The notes under the pieces: generated by a model
Seen by the model: the letters and a program-made list of their open reading frames with translations, nothing else
Database searches by the model: none
What the model was told of the DNA's origin: nothing
Source of the DNA: Mobula birostris
Taxonomy: Eukaryota
Length of the DNA: 64,000 nucleotides
NCBI RefSeq assembly: GCF_030028105.1
Contig: NC_092380.1
Span: forward strand, 63,919,717-63,983,716
Reading direction: 5' to 3'
Shown here: positions 25,701-39,839 of the stretch, piece by piece
Layout of the letters: every line of letters begins with the position of its first letter
Numbering within the stretch: position 1 is the first letter of the stretch
Position numbers and translations under genes: made by a program

Positions 25701-28700
25701 ATGTTAAGGAGTGTGTGGTTAATTGATATATAATAAAAGGATTAAGTTTACTAAAATTAATTAGTAATAATTTTCTATATTCTGTACAGGTGCGAAGAAA
25801 GGCATTTCAACATATTTACCTTCGCTTATTTAAAATGACATTGGTTACTAATTGTAAGGGATCGTTTGTTTGTTCCTGGGATTAATGAAAGACATTTTAA
25901 GGGAGTTTTGATAGTTACAGGCCTTTTCTGAGACAATTACTTCTGGCGGTACCCACAGTGCACACTGTAGCCATGCTTTGGGATGATGTGACTTAATTTA
26001 TGGGTATTCCACTCCTGCGACAGATTTCTGTGTTGGAAGTGTTCGGATGGGAGGAAAACATAATGCCCTTTGGTAAGTGCATGATCAGAAGGCGAGAAAT
26101 TGCCGAGGAAGAAGCAGCAAGCTTGAGTTGTTAGACCGAGGAGGAGATGAGTGAGGGAAATGAGTTACCTAGTTTTGAAGCGCAGGTAAATAATAAGTCA
26201 TGGTTGCCCATTTGAAAATGAATATTTACAACGTAACCTGACAAGGTGCCCTGATAGATCTCCTGAGCACAAAGTGGAAGAGAAAAGGAAAGGGGAGGAG
26301 AGGTCGGGATGCGAGGGTGAGCAAGGATACGATCATACGAAAAAAAACTACCTCAAGTGGTAAAGGGTGATTCAACAATAACTTTGAAATGGAACTGATA
26401 CTTAAAATAAGAAGGTAGGGTTGAAGGGCAGGACAAGGACCTTAGGGAATCGGGTGGGCCAAAGGTCGAATGGCTTCCTTCATTGTTCATAATAGGATGA
26501 GTTGGATTTGGACTTTTCACAGAGTACAACTTGCCCTCTGGAGGTTGTCCGATTTTAGACTGGCAACAGTAAGTTTCTGCAAGACCATCTCGCCATCGAC
26601 TGTTGCAGAATTGAAGGAATCCCTGGGGCCACATGTAGAGATGGTTTCTGGTGGTTTTCTGCCGGTATTATGACGAATGATGGGAGAGGGCTTGAGGAAC
26701 TTTCTTGCGACGGTTTGGCAACGTGAGAACGAATGTTGCCGACGCGCGCTTGGAGAATTTGTGACAGGCGCTCTAACATATAATGACGACTCAGGCCTAA
26801 CTCTACCGCTGATGGAGGAATCGGTGGGAATGTATTCTTGTACTGAGCGTAGCAGAGGAAAGACAGATCAGACAGCGTGAGGAGTATTGGTCAATATGTA
26901 CTGTAATTACTTCTCCTTAACCCCGGCAAAACAACTACTTACACACATCGTTACCAGTACGGTATTACAGTCCAGCTAGTCAGCATCCGGAGAAATGAAA
27001 CATCCTTAACATCTCGCTAGATCCAATTTATTAGTAACAGAAATTGATTGGTGTAAAAGGTGCTTTGATCTTAGAATGTAGTGAAACATCCATTTCTCAA
27101 AAGCTCTATTTAGACTTTTTTAAAAATTTGGATGGGCTGTAGAGAAAGATACAACTTTTATTTCAGGTGTTTTTTCAACATTTCTCTTTTTCTGAGTCCC
27201 AACATTCATCGTTTTTTTTAAATGAAGAACTAATAGATAGATTTGAGCTTAAAAAAACGATAACTTTAACTGAAATCTGTTACAAAGTACTTCTGTCCTC
27301 GACCTTTCTATTTCCGGACCAACCAAACCAATTTCATTTTTAAAGTGAATATTTACGATGGGAATGATTTCAGATGTGCATTAAGATGCAAGCGGCAGTT
27401 ATTGGTTATCTGTCTCCCAGTCAAAATATAGGCCCTGGCAAGAACTTCCAAATTTGGAGTGAAGACCTCTTAGCCTAAGGTCCAGTGTTTAACGTGAATA
27501 TTAAAGTTCCTGTGGTATCACTTGAAGGGGATCTGAATTTTTTTTTGCTGTAGGAGCCAATATTCCTCCAACCACCAAACACCACCAAAAACCAACCAAC
27601 TGTTCAATCATCCGATAGTATGGGTGTGTGGCATTCATTACTCCTGAACCTCCTTCTCCTGTGCCAGTCCCCACACTCCACACACATTTCATTTTATGAG
27701 ACGCTTTAAGGTAGCTCACACAGCTACTTCTTTCTGGTATGCAAAGGGCAGTTTAAACCCATATCAGAACATTAATGCTCAGGTAGTACTTAAGGGACCT
27801 TTAGTACTTATAATATTCTATTAACATTAGATAGATTATAAATTATTTTATAGCAATAAAGTTTTTAGCCAATAGATTATCTCTGTCACTTCATGCTGTT
27901 AAGAGTCTAGTCGTTGTGTGGAATAAGTTTGCACACAAGCCTAGTTCACATCAGAAGATTTTATTTGTTGCTAGTCAGAAGGCAACTTGTGCCTAGCTGG
28001 GTCGTTTTGATTTGAGATCTGCAAGTCAGTCTCTACACTTATCTGTTGGATGCTAAGAGTAAGATCATCGCAGCTCAGAAGAAATTTTGGTTGTTAACAG
28101 TATTTTAAAGCATCATAAATAATTGTTGGAGCTTTCTCTCCAATGCAGATAAACCAGCCCCCACCTTGCCTGTTCTGGCACACACATTTATTTGCCATTC
28201 TCCTCAGCTTCCTGATAGTATCATGGAAATTGTGGCTGATAGATTTGTAAATTATCAATGAATGATGACAAGGTTTCTCAGTAATTACTTAGTGATTACT
28301 GAAACATAATTATAATATTTCTGTTTCACAATACATGGAGCCCACATTCCAAACTGGCAATCAATGAGGAGTGTTTTGTATTTTGTGTACTGTTATTTCC
28401 TTTATTTGTGGATATTAAATATTTCCTGTGTTTTTATAAAGAGGATTTTGACAGTTAGTACTAAAAAGGGATTGTTGAATTTTTTTCTTCTTTTTCTGCT
28501 CTTTTATTACACTGTTTGTTCTGTTTCATTCTGTTATATTTCATTTTGTCTTTCAAGCATCTTCATTCTTTCTGTTTTATTCTTGAACTCATTCATTTCC
28601 CTTTCTAATATGATCTCAATTTATCCTCTACTCACTCTCTGAAATACCCTTTCTCTCTCTTACTGTTCACTTTCACACAGAATATCACATATATAAAGTT

Positions 28701-28994
28701 TCTTCTTTAGCATATTCCATCATATTACCTGTCACACACATTTCTTAAATCTCCTCAATTTCTCCCAAATATGTACAGGCTCATATTCACAGAATTAAGA
28801 TGAAATTGCCTGATATGATAGAAGATGTTGGGAGCACACAGTTGGTTATCCAAAGTGCAAATGGGCAAGATAACTTGTCTTTATTCTGTTAGTGAATGAC
28901 AGGATGCATGCTTCTGATATTGAAACTTCTGGATTTTTAGTATTCCAATTTTTTCAGTCTAATTATCTTCAAAAACCTGGCTTCATCATTATTA

Positions 28995-29430
28995 GAACGC
29001 AGAATAGTTCACCATGGGAACAGGTCTTTGGCTGGTCATCTGCACCAACATGAAGGTAATCTAAAATAATCCCATCTGCCTGTACGTGGTCCATATCCCT
29101 CTGTCACCTGCATGATTGTGTGTCTGTCTAAAAGCCTCTTAAATGTTGCCAGTATACCTGCTTCTACCAATCCCCCGGCAGAGAGTTCCAAAGACTTACC
29201 ACCTTTAAACCTTTCCTCTTTCACCTCAAAACTATATCCTATATTATTTGATAATTCCAATCTGCAAAAATAAAGATTCTGACTATTTACCTTATCAACG
29301 TCTTTCATCATTATATATACTTATATCAGATCACTCCTCAGCCTCTGATGCTCCAGAGAAAAGCAATCAAAGTTTATTTGACCTCGCCTTATAGCTGATA
29401 TACTCCAGTCCAGGCAACAACCTGGTAAAC
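28995..29430 (-). mobile_element. CR1 LINE 3' fragment
   Basis: Minus-strand MMKDVDKVNSQNL...FKRLLDRH, typical of the CR1 ORF2 C-terminus and 3' UTR. Confidence 0.7.
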
Positions 29431-29717
29431 CTGGAGACAAAAGAGTCTAGGAGTTGGAATCTGGAACAAAAAACAGATCGCTGGAAGAACTCAACAGGTC
29501 AGTCTGAATCTGTGAAAGTGAAGAGAAGTCAATGGTTTGGATCAAGACTCTTTATTGGTCCTAAAACATTACCAGTCTTTCACTTCTAGACTACTGAGTT
29601 CTTTGAGTGGTTTGGTTTTTGCTCCTTGTGAATTTCTTCTGTACCCTCTCTATAACCATGACATTCCTTCCTAGCATCCAGAAATCCACACAACACTCCA
29701 AGTGTGGTCTGACCAGT

Positions 29718-29975
29718 TGTTTATTTATTTGTTTGGAGCTATAGCATGGCAACAGGCCCTCCCAGGCAACAAGCCTGCACCACCCAATTACTCCCATGTG
29801 ACCCATTTACCCACTAACCCATATGTCCTTGGAGTATGGGAGGAAACCACAGCACCCAGAGGAAACACATGCGATCACGAAGAGAAGGTACAAATTCATT
29901 ACATAGTGGTGGAACTGAACCCAAGCCCCTAGCACTGTAAGAGTGTTATGCAAACCACTATGCTGCTGTGCTGCT
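29718..29975 (-). mobile_element. tRNA-derived V-SINE (HE1-like)
   Basis: Minus strand shows a tRNA-like head (GGGTTCAGTTCC B-box), V-domain GTTTCCTCTGGGTGCTGTGGTTTCCTCCCA and an (AAAT)n tail. Inserted within a CR1 fragment. Confidence 0.75.
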
Positions 29976-31255
29976 GCAAAAAGGAATGGAGAGTACAAAT
30001 ATTGACCCCACTATGTCTCGCATGCCAAGCAAGTGCTCTACCGTCTTAGCTAATTCCCCAGCACATTGTAGCCAGCAAAGGACTTCCCAATGTTTTATTC
30101 ACTTTGCCCTGATTGGCGAAGGCAAGTGTGCCATATGCCTTGAGTTGCCACCTGCAGGGAGATATGGACCCCAAGATCTCTCTGTACATCAATGCTCCAA
30201 AGGGTTTGTACTGCATTCGCTGCATACTTTTCTCTTGCAATTTATAAAAGTGCTACAATCACATTTTAAACAGGAACCCATGTAATATTATTTTCAAAAA
30301 TACCATCTCTGCTTAAACAGTGATTCCAACAAAAATTTTTTTTGTATTAATCCCTTTAGAATTAACTTTTAAAAAGAGAAGGTGACCCATAAATAGGTTA
30401 TATGAAGACAATTTTGTAAATCTTGTTATTTCTTATTTGTTAAACAATAAATTAGCCAAGCACGACTTTTACCAATTTGGCCGTGAGTAATGGGAAGTTG
30501 TATGTCAACCCTGTTTATTTACATCCTTGATGTGTTTGCAAATGAACGATTGAAGATTTGCCAAAAGCTCTTCTAAAGTGGGCTTAAAATTGAGTTCAAG
30601 TGTTGACCTCCTAGGAACATTCCAAAAATGTTACTTTTTTAGATTCTTGTTGTCTTCTTTGGGAAAATGTTGATAAAACAGAGAATATGGAATCACTTGT
30701 ATCGAAAATTTACAACACTAGTCATCCACTCCTTGTTTTCTGTGCCAGTTGATAGATAGGTACCAGCTTATTCTCTCCTTCCAACTTTAGCTACTTGAGC
30801 AGGTGGCAGCATTTGAAGTGCACATCCAAGTATTGAGGGTTAAATGTATTGAGGGTTTTAACTCTTCCACCCTTTCAGGCAGTGAGCTTCAGATCCCTGT
30901 GTTTTTCTGAAAAAAAATTTCCTTATATTCCCTCTAATCTTTCAACTAATTACTTTAAATCTAAGACGTTTCTGCCGTCAGAGAATGATTCTTCCTATTT
31001 CTTAGCCTCCTCAAGATTTTATAGAGAAATAAAGCTTCCTTTAACTGTTAGGAAAAGAATAATCCTAGCTAACCTATCTTGCTGATATCCGCTATTTCCA
31101 GACCTAGCCGTGTCCTTTTACATATTCTCTGAAGTCTCCTTACTGCAAACACGTATTTTCTGTAATTCAGTGACTTGAACTGCGTACAGTACTCAAGCTG
31201 TGTTCCAATAAATTTTGTACACAACTCTAAATTAGCCTTCCTGCTTTTTAACTAT

Positions 31256-31607
31256 TGATGATGAGAGGTGTTGATCATGTGGATAGTCAGAGGCTTTTTC
31301 CCAGAGCTGAAATAGCTAACACGAGAGGGCACAGTTTTAAGGTGCTTGGAATTAAGTACAGTACAGAGGAGATGTCAGGGGTAAGTTTTTTATGCAGAGA
31401 GTGGTGAGTGTGTGGAATGGGCTGCTGGCAACGGTGGTGGAGGCGGATACGATAGGGTCTTTTAAGAGACTCCTGGATAGGGGCACGGAGCTTAGAAATA
31501 TAGAGGGTTATGGGTAATCTTAGGTAATTTCTAAGTAAGTACATGTTTGGCACAGCATTGTGGGCCCAAGAGCCTGTATTGTGCTGTACGTTTTCTATGT
31601 TTCTATG
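31256..31607 (+). mobile_element. CR1 LINE 3' end
   Basis: TRGHSFKV...RVVSVWNGL coding remnant and (TTCTATGT)n tail. Embedded in an older minus-strand CR1 (~30700-32600). Confidence 0.75.
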
Positions 31608-32030
31608 TTAACCATCATGTTGAGCTATTGTTCAGGATCTGTGGACATTCACTCAAAGGTGCTTTTGTGCCTCCACATTGGTCAATAGCTTCCTACTAAT
31701 TGCACGTCTCCTTGCCTTGTTGTACCTTCCCACATGTACTACCTCACACTTTTCTAGATTAATGTCAATATTCCATTTTTCTGCCCAACTCTCCATCTCT
31801 ATCTTTATGGAGTATAAAGATTCTCTCTCCCCACTGAGCAAACAGTCTTTCAGTCGTCAATCAGCTCGGAAACTCTTGCCATGCCCCCATAATTTAAATC
31901 CAGACTATTAATATGTATCACAAAAAGCAAGGTCCCAGATGCAGGTTCACATGGAATCCCACAGGTAGCAGCCTTCCACTCACAATGGCATCTAATCTTA
32001 CTTGCTAATAATCAATGTTGAATTCAATTT

Positions 32031-32241
32031 CAAAGTTGCTGGTGAACGCATCCAAAATCTCCCCCTCCCCCTCCCACTTTCAAATCTCTTACTCACTCTT
32101 CCTTCAGTTAGTCCTGACGAAGGGTCTCGGCCTGAAACGTCGACTGTACCTCTTCCTAGAGATGCTGCCTGGCCTGCTGCGTTCACCAGCAACTTTGATG
32201 TGTGTTGCTTGAATTTCCAGCATCTGCAGAATTCCTGTTGT
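32031..32241 (+). mobile_element. 211-bp Penelope pseudo-LTR insertion with short inverted 5' piece
   Basis: 13-bp TSD TTGAATTCAATTT (32018-32030 / 32242-32254). The first 20 nt are the reverse complement of 32177-32196. The body matches 20316-20500. Confidence 0.85.
32109..32146 (+). ncRNA. Minimal type I hammerhead ribozyme, intact core
   Basis: Stem I TAGTC/GACTG, CTGACGA core, extra A, stem II GGGT/GCCT, GAAA, palindromic ACGT stem III, GTC cleavage triplet (predicted cut after 32141). Confidence 0.75.
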
Positions 32242-33379
32242 TTGAATTCAATTTGATCATCTTGTTTGGATCCAATGAAATTTACTTTCTTGACCATCCC
32301 ATTAATACAGAACTTCATTAAAAGTCTTGCTAAAGTCCAGAAGGGCTACACCAAAGACACTACCCTCATTCTCACTCATTGTTACTTCCACAAAAAAATC
32401 CATCATCAGTCAGACTCAACCTTCCCTTAACAAATCCATGCTGATTGTTCCTAAATGAGTGTTTAGATTGTCCCTCAGAATTAATTTCAGTAACTTGCCA
32501 ATTACTGTGTATAACACAGGTAGTTTCTCCAGCTATCCTTTTTTTTAAATAACAGCACTGCCTCATTAACAGTCCCTATTTCCCTCGCACTGCTTCAGTA
32601 GGGAAAACTAAAATTCTTCAAAGGCTCATCTGAATCAGTAGGAGAGATTGAATTGGAAAGTTACTTGCATCTCTTGATTTTCTTTTCACTCATTATGAGA
32701 TCAGGATGTAACTTGAGATGGTGTTGAATTATCTGCTCCTGGTCAGAGCAGCAAGATTCCCAATGCAATTGGCTTCAGTATACCCAGGGTAATGGGCCAA
32801 AACTTAATCCCAAATTCTATCTATTAGTTTCTGCAGTAAAATGCTCCTGTGAATGTTGAAAAAGGTGGGATCAGGATCTTTTCAAGACCTGGAAGAGGCA
32901 ATGCTTTTAGGTAGCAGAAACTGAAATGGAATTAAGAAGAAGCATGAAAATTGATACATTTGTTTATGATCTATTCTCACTTGTACACAGACCAAGAGGT
33001 AGCGCAGTCCAGAATGGCTTATGCAGATGGCCCCTTCAGACATTACAACACAGGTCAGCATTCTGTATATACTTTAACACTGTTTATCCTGTACAACTAA
33101 TGCTTAATTTAAAACAAAAGTACAACTTGTTAACAATACATAACAGGCCCCTCAGCATCAGACCATCAGGCTCCATGTGCAAAATATCCACATATCATTT
33201 TACTTTCTGATGCTGACTGACCTTCCGTGTATTTTTACTGTTTCCCTTCTGCCTCTACTGTTTGAATGTGGATTGTAGGTGTTCTGTAGCTCGTACCATT
33301 TTCATAGCACTGAGTTTATTTTAGCAATGAATCTATTTTGTGGAATCTTTGAAGGCAAGACTTCCACACTAAATTTATC

Positions 33380-34436
33380 ACTATGTGACAGTGAGGAAGG
33401 ATATTGTAGCATGGAGCAGGATCCGGAACAGCTGAAAAATGGTAGAGGGAGTTTAATGTAGACAGATGTGACGTATTGCACTTCGGTGGGACCAGCCAGG
33501 GTAGGTCTTACACAGTGAATGATAGGGCACTGAGGAGTGTGGCAGAGCAAAGGGATCTGGGATTACAGCTTCATAATTTATTGAAAGTATCGTTACAGGT
33601 AGATAGGGTCGGAAAGAAGGTTTTGACACATTGGCCTTCAAAAGCCAAAGTTTTTATTTATTTATTTACTGAGATACAGCATGGAGAAACCCTTCTGATT
33701 CTTCTAGCTGTGCCGCCCAGCAATCCACCAATTTAACCCTAGCTTAATCAGAGAACAATTTACAATGACCAATTCACCTACCAACAGGTACATCACTGGA
33801 CCGTGGGGGCACCCAGAGGAAACCCACCCAGTCACACGGTGAACATACAAACTCCTTACAGGCAGGGTCAGGGGTGGGAATTGAACCCAGGTTATTGGTA
33901 CTGTAAGGCGTTGTGCTAACCACTGTGCTATCTTGCTGTCCCCTTATAGAATATAGGAGATGGGATGTTATGTTGAAATTATATAAGACGTTATTGAGGC
34001 CTAATTTGGGGTATTGTATGCAGTTTTGATCACCTACCTACAGGAAAGATGTAAATAAGGTTGAAAGTGTACAGAGAAAATTTACAAGGATGTTTGCCAG
34101 GACTGGAGGACCTGAGTTATAATGAAATATTAAATAGTTTAGGACTTTATTCCTTGGAACATAAAAGATTGAGAGGATATTCGATGGAGGCATACAAAAT
34201 TATGAGGGATATAGATAGGGTAAATGCGAGCAGCTTTTTCCACTGAGGTTAGGTGGTCATGGGTTAAGAGTGAAAGGTGAAAAGTTTAAGGGGAACATGA
34301 GGAGAAATTCCTTCACCTAGAGAAGTTTCTAGAGGGTCATGAGAGTATGGAATGAGCTGCCGGCACAAGTGGTGCATTCGAGTTTGATTTCAACGTTTAA
34401 GGGAAGTTGGGATAGGTACATGGATGAGAGGAATGT
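33380..34436 (+). mobile_element. CR1 LINE 3' fragment interrupted by a SINE
   Basis: MHFG...SYTVNDRALRSVAEQRDLG, LGLYSLEH, RVWNELP remnants. Confidence 0.75.
33651..33940 (-). mobile_element. tRNA-derived V-SINE
   Basis: Minus-strand head GCACAGTGGTTAGCAC...GGGTTCAATTCCC, partial V-domain, (AAAT)n tail. Confidence 0.75.
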
Positions 34437-34582
34437 AGATGATGTAATGCTGAGTATTGGACAAAGCATTGATTTTCTGCAGAGTTTCTCTTCCCTACAA
34501 AGCTGCAGTCTTTGGGAATAACGTACCTTGAATGGATTATGCCGGGCACTGGAAAAGAATACTCACAGGAATGTCTCTACAC

Positions 34583-34661
34583 CAGGGGTTCCCAACCTGG
34601 GGTCCATGGACCCCTCGGTTAATGGTAGGGGGCCATGGCATAAAAAAGTTAGGAACCGCTG
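34583..34661. mobile_element. 79-bp hAT (Charlie-type) MITE
   Basis: TIRs CAGGGGTTCCCAAC / GTTAGGAACCGCTG. Perfect 8-bp TSD CTCTACAC. Confidence 0.85.
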
Positions 34662-35374
34662 CTCTACACAACGTTACCGATCTGAGAAACAGCTGAGCTT
34701 AAAACATTCAAAAAGAGCATGGATCTTGGTTCCACAAAGGTTTATTGGTTAAAATTCTGTCCATTGTATTATTGAACCCTACTGATCAGGAAATCCTCAT
34801 TGTCTCTGCACCTATACTAACTTAACACATATGAACAAATATGCCAGTTTAAGCATTGAAGTTCATTTGTCTCTGTTCATTAACTTCAGAATTCAGAGAG
34901 GGAGATATGAAATAACTCTTAAAAAGAGAGAAAAGTCAGATGAGTATTGCAGGGTTTGTTCGTACTGATGGACTGATGTGTGCTATTGGTAAGATGTGCT
35001 AATGGTTTAAGATATTAATTCTGCTCCTTGTGTTGAGGAAGGTTATTGAGGAAGGACTGTATTCTCTCCAATCACTGTGCTGTTGGAATTAATGTTCAAT
35101 TTTGAAGTAAATGTTTCTATTCTATAATGCATTTTTGTTCTGATTGTATCTTCTGCACCATTGCTGATCACACTATCAATAAGAAACTGGAATCTCACAG
35201 TTGAAAATGCAATGCACTTCAATTTCTATCCTGTTGCCCCATTATTTCTACCTTTACTGTATTCCTCATTACTTCCAAAAGAAAATTCAGAGACCTTGCA
35301 CATCAAAGGCCTCTCTAAATAATGACGTTGTGATAGCTATCCGGATGTAAATGGATTTGTAGATGAAAGGAGCC

Positions 35375-35790
35375 TGTCAGAAGAAAGCAGCATCCATGAT
35401 CAAGGACCCCCACCATCTAGGCTATGATCGCTTCTTGTTACTTCCATCAGGAAAGAGGTACAAGAGCCTTAGGTTCCACACCACCAAGTTCAGGAACGGT
35501 TATTACCCTTCAACCTTCAGGCTCCTGAACCAGCATGGATAACTTCACTCACCCCTCTGAAATGATTCCACAACCAACTCATTTTCAGCAGTTCTACAAG
35601 TCGTGTTCTCAGTATTATTTATTTATATTTTTACTTGCACAATGTGTCTCCTTTCGTAGATTGGTTGCTTTGTATAGTTTTATGTAATTTCTATTGTATT
35701 TCCTTATTTTCCTGTAAATGTCTGCAAGAAAGTGAATCTCAGTGCATTTGGTGACATATAGAGTACATACCTTATTTACTTTAAAATTTA
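35375..35790 (+). mobile_element. Rex1/Babar-type LINE 3' fragment
   Basis: KAASMIKDPHH...LLPSGKRYKSL...TTKFRN.YYP remnant plus 3' UTR. Similar fragments at ~18370-18620 (+), ~36630-37030 (-) and ~54965-56165 (-). Confidence 0.7.
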
Positions 35791-37684
35791 CTATAATAAG
35801 TTTTATTTGATTTTGACTTCTACTTTGAGATTTTGTGAATGCAAATGTTACCTGGATGAAGGTGAAATTATTGTATTTTAGTCACAAAGCACTTCCAAGA
35901 ATGGATACTACTAATACGAAAGTTCTAATATTGAAATTTGTGTTTCTTTATTAATGAGAGATACTTGTGGGAATATTTTATATTTAAAAATTCAAGATAT
36001 TACTAGTGAAAGGGAAGCTGCAGTTATTGCCCTTTCATTGCTTAAGAACGGATCACTTCCACAAACTACTGCTGTCCTTCTTATGACAGTGATTGTTGAT
36101 GGTATCTATAGGGCACTTGAAGGTATTGGCTTAGTGGTTACTAAGGAATCCAGGCAAGCATGGAGCACAATGAGGAGCTTGGAGCTGTTGATGTATACCT
36201 TTTACGTTATTGTTGTATCATCGATTACGGAATGGTTACTGTACACAAGGGCATTCAGCCCGTCACAGTCACACCAACTCTTTACCAGAGCACATCACAC
36301 ATTCCACCCTCTTGATCCTCTCCTTACTTTTGCAGATTTTTCTTCACCATTTGCTTGTTCAATGTGTTCTTGGCCACAGTGGAAACTTCTCTCCACCATA
36401 TCTGCAGGCAGTGCAGGTGCCAACCAACCACTGCATAGAAAGGTCTTCTTTCACGTCTTTTGCAGTTCTCTTCTCCTTCCATTGTGGCCAGTAGTTCCCC
36501 AACAAGAAAAGCCTCCCACTTAGTCCAGATCCATCATCAATTTATATATGGCTATCAAATCTGCTGTCATTCCTTTCTTATTAAAGAAAACAATTCCATC
36601 TTCTCTAATCTATCAGATTGGAAAATTAGTTTAGTATTGTCACAGGTGCCAAGGTACAGTGAAAAGCTTGTCTTGGTACAGATCAATTCATTACAAAAGT
36701 GCATTGAGATAGTACAAGGTAAAAACAACTACAGAGTGCAAAAAATATTGTTACAGTCACAGAGAAAGTGCAGTGCAGGTAGACCATAATGTTTATGGTC
36801 ATAACAAAGTAGATTGTGAGGTTTCAAGTCCATTTTATCATACATAGAAATATAGTCTTATAAGAGTAGGATAGAAGCTGTCCTTTTCCCAGATGAAGTG
36901 TCCTTTCAAGTTTATGTATCTCCTGTTCGATGGGAGTGAGGAGAAGAGAGAATGTCTGGACTGGTTATGGTCTTTGATTATAGAGGCAGCAAGAAAGTAG
37001 ACAAGCTCCATGGGGAGGGGGTGGTTTCTGTGATGTTCTGAGCTGTTGGTAACTATAGTTGCTATTCCAGCAACCATGCTCACAGATGTTTGCCGACCCT
37101 CTCTAATTCCTTCATATTCTTCCAATTCTAACTAGAATACCTCAGTTGGGGCTATAACTCAACTTTTAAATTAGTTCTGTATGAGTTACCTGCTTTTATC
37201 CTCTATGCCTTTATTGATAAAGTTCAGTTTATTTGGTGGTTTAGCACAGAAAATGGAGGTTCGTTTGAAGAACGATTAGTAGGGTGTATCCTAAGGAATG
37301 TATATACCAAACAGTATTACTTATTTACTTACTCATTTTTTGGAATACGACAGCATTTGTTGCCTAACCCTATTTGCTCTTGGGCCATCAGGAGTAGATA
37401 ATCAGCTCTGGGCCACCCAGTCTCCAACCCTCTCCTGCAGCCACTGGATCTATGTAGCAGGTCCAGTCCAGTTTTGGTCAGTGATTATTTCCACGATTTT
37501 GATAATGGGGGATGTGGCAACGGGCATGGTCTTTTTGGAGATGGTCCTTGCCTGGCATTTCTCAATCATGCCAGAATGTTCTTAAGGCTTTCCTGCTGGC
37601 AGGCACAGTGTGCTTCGTTTGCCAAGCAGCGACAAATTAATTTGAACATTCTGTAATCATCAGCAAGCATTCCTACTTCTATAA

Positions 37685-37855
37685 GTATCACCTGCTACCT
37701 TGTACTTCTTCCTCCCCTCCTCCCACCTTCTTACTCTGACTTCTCATCTCTTTTTTCCAGTCCTGATGAAGGGTCTTGGCCTGAAACATCAACTGTTTAC
37801 TCTTTTCCATAGATGCTGCCTGTTCTGCTGAGTTCCTCCAGCAATTTTGTGTATA
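37685..37855 (+). mobile_element. Penelope pseudo-LTR tail (older subfamily) with hammerhead motif at 37758-37795
   Basis: CAGTC-CTGATGA-A-GGGTCTTGGCCT-GAAAC-ATC-AACTG followed by AGATGCTGCCTG...CTCCAGC. Confidence 0.75.
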
Positions 37856-39839
37856 TTCCTACTTCTGAGCTACTTCATTAATGTAAGCCTGATTGGACCG
37901 CTAATGAATTCCTGCTTGAAGTCCTGGAACTGTGATGAATGAATTCTGATATTGGAAGATGTAATCAGTCAGAATGTTACAGCTGATGAAAACTGTAAAA
38001 AAAACAACTGCAGATACTGGAAATCTTTGCATGAGGTATAACTTCAATCCGTGAAGTTCTTTCCTCTCTTTGTGTATTAAATGTTACCAGACTTCTTGGT
38101 GTACACTCATCCAAAAGATGTCGAGTCAAAAGCCACCTTGAAGCTAAGGATTGTACCCTTTGCCTCATGTCTGAAATTTGGCTGTTTGGTTCATGTTTAA
38201 ATCAAGGCTACAATGAGATCTTGAAGCAAAGTGGTCCTGGTGAAGTTCATATTGGGTATGAATGAACAGGTTATTGGTGCATAAATATCCCTTGATGGCA
38301 TTGTTGACAAAAGATTCCAAGCTTTAATTGATGGTATACAGCAGACTAATTAGGCTGATTGGAGTTGTTTTGCTTTCAGGGATCAGGGCAGCTTTTCATA
38401 TTGATGGATAGATAGATACCTGTGTTGTAAATGTACTGGAACCATTGGGCTAGAAATGCTGAGTATATGGTATTGTGGCTGAGATGTTATCCAGTCCTAT
38501 AGTCCTTGTGTACTCGGAACTCTTGCCCACATGGAGTGAGTCAAATTGGCCAAAGGCTGGCTTCCACAATGGTGGGGATTTCAGGAAGAGGCTGAGGTGA
38601 GTCCCCTGCTTGGCATTTCTGACTCAACATCTAGTGAACATCAGTGCACTGTTATTGCAAGACGATGGATAAACAGTATGGCATTACGGATACTGTTGAG
38701 ACTCACCCAAGCTAGTTGTGAGTATGCCATTGCCTTCTAACTGAGCCTATAGATGGTGCCTAGACTTTGAGAGATGAGGTGATAAGATACTCACCAGTGA
38801 ATACCCGATTTCTTGAATGGCTAAAGCAGTTATGGCTTTATTGAACGATGACTCTCTATATAGAATGAGAAAGGAATAGCGAATACCTAATATCATGGGG
38901 TACATTAGAAAATTGGGAATGAGAAGGATGTTGCAACATCTTCATATAAAATGTATTAGACCAATGGAATCCAAGATTACAGAATGAGAAAGGGTTATGG
39001 CATATGGTTAGAAGAGGATACCTGATTTTGATTTTTTAGAAAAGGAGCAAAATTAGCTTTGCTTAAGAAAATAAAACAAATACATGTTCTCTATTTTGGA
39101 CTGAGGTTTTATTTTAAGAAGTATCACAGTTAGAATAATTAGTATCTATATTTTTTTTAGCTTCAAACTGTGGATGCTTAGCTTTTAAGTGCACCTTGTG
39201 GCTGGGATCAACCCCTAAGGGAAGTGGGAGTTATGGAAGTCAGTTGGGAAGGTGGATAAGACCCAGGATCAGTGATGATTTTATCAAATCGAAGAACTTC
39301 AGGTGCCTTATGCCCTACTCCTGCTACTAGTTGTTATATTCTTACTTATTTTAATATTGTTTTTTCTGTCTTTGTCATGTTGTCCCTCCATGCTTCAATA
39401 TGCTGTTTTGAAGTCCAGGCACAGGACTGTGAAACCCTTATTGCTAATGTGCCTATTTCATATAGTTTAGCTGTTGGAAGGAGCAAGTGAAATCAAATTT
39501 CCAGATTCATTAACTTTTCCAGTGAGTTGACATTTTATAATCACCGGTCACTCAGTGAATTCTTCAGCTTTACATTTGATCTGCAGTGTCTGGTAACACC
39601 TGTACATCAAAAAGATGTGATTACTGTATCAATCCAAGGCATACCAGCAGTTTCACCCTTGGTCTCCATTTACATCACCTTCATTCTCTGCCCTCTGCAT
39701 TTTCTCAGCATCCTCTGTTTTTTTTTTATATGGAAGCTTGCAGTTTTGCTATTCATGTTTATTCACAGGTTTGATTCCTAAAATGGCAGATTGTTGCATA
39801 TGAACCGAGATGAAGCAGGCTGGGCCAATACTGTCCAGA

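Noticed and set aside
35954-36523. 189-aa plus-strand ORF
   Set aside because: No recognisable homology or convincing splice structure. Probably chance or a very old repeat.
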